This document shows positions 58,600-64,000 of a DNA stretch of 64,000 bases, piece by piece. The notes beneath the pieces were generated by a model. It did no database searches. It saw only the letters and a list, made by a program, of their open reading frames with translations, and was not told where the DNA came from. This DNA comes from Myxococcota bacterium (GTDB lineage: Bacteria > Myxococcota_A > UBA9160 > SZUA-336). How positions within the stretch are numbered: the first letter of the stretch is position 1; the number at the start of each line of letters is the position of its first letter. A program made the position numbers and the translations under genes. The DNA lies in the NCBI GenBank assembly GCA_965247115.1, contig CBDFGR010000003.1:160001-224000 (forward strand), read 5' to 3'.

Positions 58600-58893
58600 A
58601 TGGCAGCACGAACACGTTCGCGTACGACCAAAAAGCAGGCGCGCCCCGCGAGGGTGACCAAGGGTACCTTGGAGAAGAGCAAGCGGCGCATCCCGGGACG
58701 CCTCTCGCAAATTCGGGGCGAGCGCTCACAGCGCTCGTTCGCCCGCGAGCTGGGCGTGTTCCAGCAGAACGTGAACCGCTACGAGAACGGCACGACACCT
58801 CATGCCGACTTCTTGATCACCCTGGCCATGAAGGAGAACGTCTCGCTCGACTGGCTCCTGCTGGGTCGAGGAAAGCCCCACCGGCGCGCCTAG
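58600..58893 (+). CDS. XRE-family HTH protein
   Basis: SQRSFARELGVFQQNVNRYENG, VSLDWLLLG. Confidence 0.9.
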   Translation: MAARTRSRTTKKQARPARVTKGTLEKSKRRIPGRLSQIRGERSQRSFARELGVFQQNVNRYENGTTPHADFLITLAMKENVSLDWLLLGRGKPHRRA

Positions 58894-59104
58894 TCGCGGT
58901 TTGCGTCGACGGGCCTCGTCCGCTAGAACTTTCCCACTGAGGGAAGTGGATTACCCTCTTGTCGGACTCGTCGAGGCGCAGGAGGACTGCAACTCCTGGC
59001 CCTAAGCTAGGGTCCCACAAGCAGAAATCGGTACCTGCCAGGAGGCGGGTACGAGATTTGAAGATCCCCATCGGGCGGGCGTAGGCCCTGCGATGGGAGC
59101 GTTC

Positions 59105-59437
59105 ATGCAGTACTTGTTAGGGGCCCTGGTCGTTCTATTCAATCTGGCTGACAACGCGACGACGTTCCTCTGCCTGCGCCGGCCGGTTGCCGGCTTCGAG
59201 GTGATCGAGGCGAACCCGCTGGCGCGCTGGTTGTTTGAAAGCGTAGGTCTCGTCGAGGGCCTCATCTTCGAGATGGCCGTCACCACCGCGGCCGTAGGAT
59301 TCCTGATTTGGACCACCCGGATCTCACATCGCACCAAGCTGACCATCCTGATGGTGCTGGTCGCCCTGCCGGCCTGGGCGGCGACGAACAACTACCTGGT
59401 GATCCGAGCGCTGCAGGTCCCACTGGACTGGCTCTGA
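59105..59437 (+). CDS. DUF5658-like small membrane protein
   Basis: FNLADNATT..EANPLARW; start 59105 (GGGAG RBS) or 59093. Confidence 0.75.
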   Translation: MQYLLGALVVLFNLADNATTFLCLRRPVAGFEVIEANPLARWLFESVGLVEGLIFEMAVTTAAVGFLIWTTRISHRTKLTILMVLVALPAWAATNNYLVIRALQVPLDWL

Positions 59438-60039
59438 TGCGCTCGCTCGTCGCGCTGATCCTGCTCTCCTGGCTGGCTGGGGGCCTGGCGTGCGTGAAGT
59501 GGGCCCCGTCAGGCGAAACCGACGTGAGCTCGACGGCCGAGCCGCCCGCCGAGCTCGCCGTGACCCCGGGTCCGGCCGACCAGATTGCGGCCCGCTTCGG
59601 ACACTTCCAGACCGGGCTCGCAGCCTTCGAGATTCGGCAGGTCGCACAAGTCGTTTTCGAGGAATCCGAGCGCAACGGATTCGATTGGGAGCTCGTGCTC
59701 GCGGTCATCGAGACGGAGAGCAGCTTCAACAATTTCGCGCGCTCCAACGTCGGAGCCCTTGGCTTGATGCAGATCATGCCCGCAACAGGGGAGATGTTGG
59801 CCGCACAGCTGTCGATCCCTTGGAGTGGCGCAACGACTCTGTTCGATCCCGTCGTGAACGTCAGGCTGGGAATCCGCTACCTGGCGGCTCTGCACGCCAA
59901 GTACCAAACCTGGGACGGCGCCCTGGCCGCGTACAACTGGGGCCCGACCGCGATCGACCGACGCCTCCAGCGCGGTGACACCCTACCTATCCTGTACTCA
60001 CGGGCTGTCTACGCGAGGGTGAAGCAGACGGGCCTATGA
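59437..60039 (+). CDS. Lytic transglycosylase (SLT domain), lipoprotein-like
   Basis: AVIETESSF, GALGLMQIMPAT, ALAAYNWG. Confidence 0.95.
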   Translation: MRSLVALILLSWLAGGLACVKWAPSGETDVSSTAEPPAELAVTPGPADQIAARFGHFQTGLAAFEIRQVAQVVFEESERNGFDWELVLAVIETESSFNNFARSNVGALGLMQIMPATGEMLAAQLSIPWSGATTLFDPVVNVRLGIRYLAALHAKYQTWDGALAAYNWGPTAIDRRLQRGDTLPILYSRAVYARVKQTGL

Positions 60040-61449
60040 GCCGAGTGCTCCCACGAGCGCATCGATTGCAGCATCGACGTCGAGCCGGTTTCCACGAGCC
60101 CCGTTGACGAGGATCGCGAAGGCCAGCCAGCGCCCGTCACTAGCGGGCACGACCCCGCTCAAGGAAGAGACTCGCCGCAAGTGTCCCGTCTTGCCGCGCA
60201 CGGGAACCGCGCCGTCCTCCATCCGGTCTTCCAGCGTTCCATCGAGCCCACCGAGCGGCAGTGAGGCAAGGAACTCGGGCCCGGAATCGAAGCTGCGCGC
60301 CGCGCGCCTCAGCACCGAAACGAGCGTTTGCGGCGAAACCTTGTTGCGTCGCGAGAGCCCGGAGCCATCCGCAATCACGCCCTGACGATCCTCGATGCCG
60401 ATGCTGCGCAGGAACGCCTCCATGGCTCGTGCACCCTTGGTCCACGTTGCCGGCGGTCCGTAGATGTCCGCCCCGAGTTTTTTGGTCAGCTGCTCGGCGA
60501 TGAAGTTGTTGCTGTACTTGTTGAGCTTCCAGACGATCTCGCCCACGCTCAGGCCCTCGAACTGGAAGAGTTCCCGCGCCCGGACGGGGATCTCCGCGTA
60601 GCGAGTCTGACTGCGCACCCGAACGCCTTGCGACTCGAGCTGGGTACGCAGGACCGCGGCCGCGTAGCGAGAAGGCATCGAGACGGCGCGCCGGTAGGCG
60701 AGCGGTCGGCTCCCTAGCGGAAAGGCGCCCTTGACGAGCACGCGCTCTCCTGAGCCGTCGGCAAGGGGCACTAGCTGGAGCTGCAGGCGTCGACTGCGCA
60801 GAATCGTGGTCGCATCCGATCGTGTGCGAAAGTACGACGTGTTCGGGGCGACCTGTACCCGAGCCGCGTCCCCGACAGCCGCCCCACCGATCACCTCGAT
60901 CTCGAAGGTCGAGTAGTTGACGGCAAAGCTACCCGTCGGAGCCTGGTCGCTACTGGCCGAGAAGGGGCCCCAGTCCGGATGGAACCGAAGCCCGTCGAAA
61001 TAGCTGGCGTCGATGCGAAGCCCCTCGCGGATCTCGGTGATGCCCCGCAGTCGGACCTGTTCCGCCAGCTTCCAGAGGCTCTCGGACACATGGCTCGGGT
61101 CCCCACGACCCACGATCCAGAGGGAGCCGTGAAGGACCCCCTCGTCGTCGAGCTCGCCGTCAATCATGACGGGTGTCGAGAAGTTGTGCGCCGGGCCCCA
61201 GTGCGCGAGGGCGGCCGCGCTGATCAGCAGCTTCTGGTTCGAAGCGGGCACCAGCGCCCGCTCCGCGCGATGTGCGAGCAGGCGGTCCCCGCTCTCCAGA
61301 TCCAGAACGACAACACCGACGCGGGCACCCTGAATCGCCGGATGGCGGAGGAACGCCTGCAGACCCTCCTCCAGGGCACGGGCCGCGCCCTCCTGGGGCA
61401 GCGCGATGCAGAGGAATACGAGCGCGATGAGGAGTCTTCGGGGCAGCAT
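60034..61449 (-). CDS. dacB: D-Ala-D-Ala carboxypeptidase/endopeptidase PBP4
   Basis: PASNQK (SxxK), SNN, DGSGLSR, KTG. Confidence 0.95.
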   Translation of the reverse strand: MLPRRLLIALVFLCIALPQEGAARALEEGLQAFLRHPAIQGARVGVVVLDLESGDRLLAHRAERALVPASNQKLLISAAALAHWGPAHNFSTPVMIDGELDDEGVLHGSLWIVGRGDPSHVSESLWKLAEQVRLRGITEIREGLRIDASYFDGLRFHPDWGPFSASSDQAPTGSFAVNYSTFEIEVIGGAAVGDAARVQVAPNTSYFRTRSDATTILRSRRLQLQLVPLADGSGERVLVKGAFPLGSRPLAYRRAVSMPSRYAAAVLRTQLESQGVRVRSQTRYAEIPVRARELFQFEGLSVGEIVWKLNKYSNNFIAEQLTKKLGADIYGPPATWTKGARAMEAFLRSIGIEDRQGVIADGSGLSRRNKVSPQTLVSVLRRAARSFDSGPEFLASLPLGGLDGTLEDRMEDGAVPVRGKTGHLRRVSSLSGVVPASDGRWLAFAILVNGARGNRLDVDAAIDALVGALGS

Positions 61450-61539
61450 CGGTCGCGCTGAACGGTAGGCCACCGCGACCCACGACGCAGCCGCCCCTGC
61501 AGCGCTTGCGCTTTCCCGTCCTCCCGGCATCCTGCCCAC

Positions 61540-62535
61540 GTGGGCGGAAATCACTCCAGCGAAGGCCAGGAAACGGCCGCCCGGACCTGGATCGAGTCCA
61601 CGTGCGCGACACCCGTGGTTCGGCTGCGCGAGCTTGCGGGCGGGGCAGGTGCGCGGCGGTACTGGCGGGTCGAGCTCCACGATGGACGAACCGTGGTCCT
61701 CATGCACGCGCTCCCGGAGCGCCCCGAGATCGTGCCCCCAGGCCTGCGCGATCCCGGCCCGGTCATTCCTTTCGTGGCCGTCTCGGACTACCTCGCGCGC
61801 CACGGCATCCCGGTCCCTGAGATCTACGCGGTCGAGAGCGGCCAACGCTGGATCCTGCTCGAGGACCTTGGCGATCTGCACGTGCGCGACCTCGACCCCG
61901 GCTCCAGGAACGAACGTCTTGGAGAAGCGGTTCGGCTGCTGGCGAAGCTCCACGAGCTTCCGCCGGAGGACGAGCTCCCTTTCCGGCGAGAGTTCGACGC
62001 GGCCTGGATTCGCTTCGAGCTGCAGACCTTCGCAGACGAGCTGCCTTCCGGGGCTCCGCGAGCCGCGCTCCTAGGTGAGCTCGAACGACTCGTGAAGGCT
62101 GTCTCGCAGCTGCCACGCCGGCTGTGCCTGCGCGATTATCAGAGCGAGAACCTGATGATCGACAGCACGGGGCGGCTCCGAGTGATCGACTATCAAGACG
62201 CGCTTCTGGCTCCCGTCGAGCTCGATCTGGCTGCCCTGCTTTTTGATTCCTATCTCGACATCGCCGCCCCGGAGCGGGAGCGTCTGCTTCGCGCGTACGC
62301 CCGGTGCCGCGGGGAGTCCCTCGATCCGACCGCGCTGTCGTTGCTGGTGGTACAGCGGAAGTGCAAGGACTTCGGGCGCTTTCGAAACATGATGAAGAGA
62401 GCGGGTGAAACACGCTGGAGGCTCCCGCTGGAGCGGGCCCGATCCGCCGTACTCGGCGCGCTGCCTGGGCTGCCGCCCGGCTTCGACAGGCTGGCCCAGC
62501 TCCTTTCCCGTGTGCTCCGCGAGGACAGACCCTGA
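61540..62535 (+). CDS. amgK: AmgK-like aminosugar phosphotransferase
   Basis: GGAGARRYWRV, LLEDLGD, RDYQSENLM, IDYQDAL; adjacent to murU. Confidence 0.82.
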   Translation: MGGNHSSEGQETAARTWIESTCATPVVRLRELAGGAGARRYWRVELHDGRTVVLMHALPERPEIVPPGLRDPGPVIPFVAVSDYLARHGIPVPEIYAVESGQRWILLEDLGDLHVRDLDPGSRNERLGEAVRLLAKLHELPPEDELPFRREFDAAWIRFELQTFADELPSGAPRAALLGELERLVKAVSQLPRRLCLRDYQSENLMIDSTGRLRVIDYQDALLAPVELDLAALLFDSYLDIAAPERERLLRAYARCRGESLDPTALSLLVVQRKCKDFGRFRNMMKRAGETRWRLPLERARSAVLGALPGLPPGFDRLAQLLSRVLREDRP

Positions 62536-63506
62536 GAGCAATGATCCTCAGTGCCGGTGTCGGAAACCGGATGCGCCCACTCACCGACCACTGGGCCAAG
62601 CCAGCTCTTCCGATACTGGACGAGCCGCTGATCCTGGGGCTGATCCGGACGCTGGCGAAGCAGGGCGTCGACGCCGCCATCGTCAACACGCACGCGCACA
62701 CCGATTCGCTCCTGGCTGCGCTGACCACCGCACCGATCCCCGTCGAGGTCTCGAGAGAGCCACGGCTCCTCGGGAGTGGAGGCGGAATTCGACACGTCCG
62801 CCGCTTCCTCGAGGAGTCGGAGCCGTTCGCGGTTCTGAATGGTGACATGCGCCTCGACCTTGACCTGTACGCCTTGCTGGAAGCCCACCGTGACGGGGGC
62901 GCGACCACTACGCTTGTGCTGCGCGACGACGAGCGAAAGCGAAGCTTCGGCTCGATCGGGTACGATGGCGACCGTGCCGTACGGCGGATCACGGACCGGT
63001 TGGATCTCGGGGGTGAGCTCGACTCTGGGCTGTTCGCGGGCGTGCACGTGATGAGCCCCGACGTCTTCGAGTGGATGCCCGAGCGGGAAGAGTTCCAGAT
63101 CCTGACCGACGTGTACATCCCCGCACTCGAACGCGGCGAGCGCATCCATTGCTGGCTCCAGCCGCAAGACTGCGAATGGTCGCCGGTCGGAGATCCCGCA
63201 GAGCTCCTTGCCGCGAACCTCGGGACTCTCGGCACGATCGCGCGAGACTCGGAGGAGAAGGGAATGTTCGTCGCCGCCAGCGCACGCGTCGAGGGCCGCC
63301 TCGAGGCGCCCGTCTGGGTTGGCGAGCAAGCCGAGATTGCCAGAGGCGCCCACGTGGGACCCTGGGCCGTGATCAGCGCGGGAGCGCTCGTGTCGGCCGG
63401 AACGCGGGCTGAGCGAGCCCTGATCTTACCGGGAGCTCGGCCCCCCGCAGGCGCGCAGCTGTCGAGTGCGATTGCCTTTGCAGAGAAGATCTGGCGCGAT
63501 GCTTGA
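62532..63506 (+). CDS. murU: NDP-sugar nucleotidyltransferase (MurU-like, with C-terminal beta-helix)
   Basis: (L)RAMILSAGVGNRMRPLT..KP, GSGGG, LNGD; start CTG 62532 or ATG 62541. Confidence 0.85.
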   Translation: MRAMILSAGVGNRMRPLTDHWAKPALPILDEPLILGLIRTLAKQGVDAAIVNTHAHTDSLLAALTTAPIPVEVSREPRLLGSGGGIRHVRRFLEESEPFAVLNGDMRLDLDLYALLEAHRDGGATTTLVLRDDERKRSFGSIGYDGDRAVRRITDRLDLGGELDSGLFAGVHVMSPDVFEWMPEREEFQILTDVYIPALERGERIHCWLQPQDCEWSPVGDPAELLAANLGTLGTIARDSEEKGMFVAASARVEGRLEAPVWVGEQAEIARGAHVGPWAVISAGALVSAGTRAERALILPGARPPAGAQLSSAIAFAEKIWRDA

Positions 63507-64000
63507 GATCACCTTTATCGGCACCGGGGACGCGTTCGGAAGCGGCGGGCGAAGGAACACCTCGATTCTGCTTCGGGGGCCACAGGGCTCGATCCTGCTC
63601 GACTGCGGCCCGACGACGCCGAACGGTCTCCGAGAGCTCGGCGTCGACCCGCGTGAGATCGACGCGATCGCCATCAGTCACTTCCACGGCGATCACGTGG
63701 CCGGCGTCCCTTTCATGCTGCTCGACTTCCAGTTCGAGCTCAAGCGCTCGAAGCCGCTCCAGATCTTCGGACCCGCGTCGATTCGGGAGCGTATCCAGAA
63801 GATGGCGGGCATCTTCGCCTACGACTTCCCCGAAGCGCCCAGCTACCCGCTCAGCTTCTCCGAGTACGAGGTCGGGACGCCGATGAGCGCTGCGGGCTTC
63901 GAGGTCACGCCGATGCCCGCCGTTCACCACCCACATACGCGACCGCACATGCTGCGCATCCAGAACGGCACGCGAGCCCTCGTTTTCTCAGGCGATACGG
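63499..64000 (+). CDS. MBL-fold metallohydrolase (RNase Z/BN-like), truncated by window edge
   Basis: MLEITFIGTGDAFGSGGR, LDCG, SHFHGDH (HxHxDH). Confidence 0.92.
   Translation, partial: MLEITFIGTGDAFGSGGRRNTSILLRGPQGSILLDCGPTTPNGLRELGVDPREIDAIAISHFHGDHVAGVPFMLLDFQFELKRSKPLQIFGPASIRERIQKMAGIFAYDFPEAPSYPLSFSEYEVGTPMSAAGFEVTPMPAVHHPHTRPHMLRIQNGTRALVFSGDT

Noticed and set aside
58940..59021. tRNA-Cys/Sec-like gene (AGGA-CTGCAAC-TCCT arm)
   Set aside because: No T-loop (GTTCRA), acceptor stem or CCA

Overview
High-GC chromosomal window, most consistent with a Myxococcota/deltaproteobacterial organism. This is inferred from gene order, not from a database search. The core (16.9-46.8 kb, minus strand) is a complete Myxococcus-type type IVa pilus locus: ribF-pilBTC-pilSR-pilA-pilGHI-pilD-pilS2R2-Ig protein-HTH-pilMNOPQ-aroKB-TPR-mglC-aroQ-sgmX-exeA, ending at tRNA-Gly(CCC). 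The left 16 kb is a mixed accessory region with an Elp3-like radical SAM/acetyltransferase, a divergent Trm9-like methylase, TetR plus a ferritin-like protein, a HAD phosphatase, NAD kinase, a TraF-like barrel, a vWA-ACP-hydrolase fusion, FHA, PilZ and an MMPL transporter. The right part holds lptG-like, coaBC-nfeD-stomatin-hflKC, a sigma54 two-component pair, coaD/rsmD and peptidoglycan recycling genes. The most notable observations are: (1) a recurrent sigma28/WhiG-like promoter motif (T[AC]AA-N16-NCCGATA-like) in front of ten transcription units, including pilB, pilR, pilG, pilM and sgmX; (2) an Elp3 + Trm9-like pair; (3) an internally deleted second pilA copy; (4) a dispersed, covarying structured repeat family with flanking strand-skew halos; (5) recurrent CTG start codons. 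No CRISPR array, transposase or prophage was seen.
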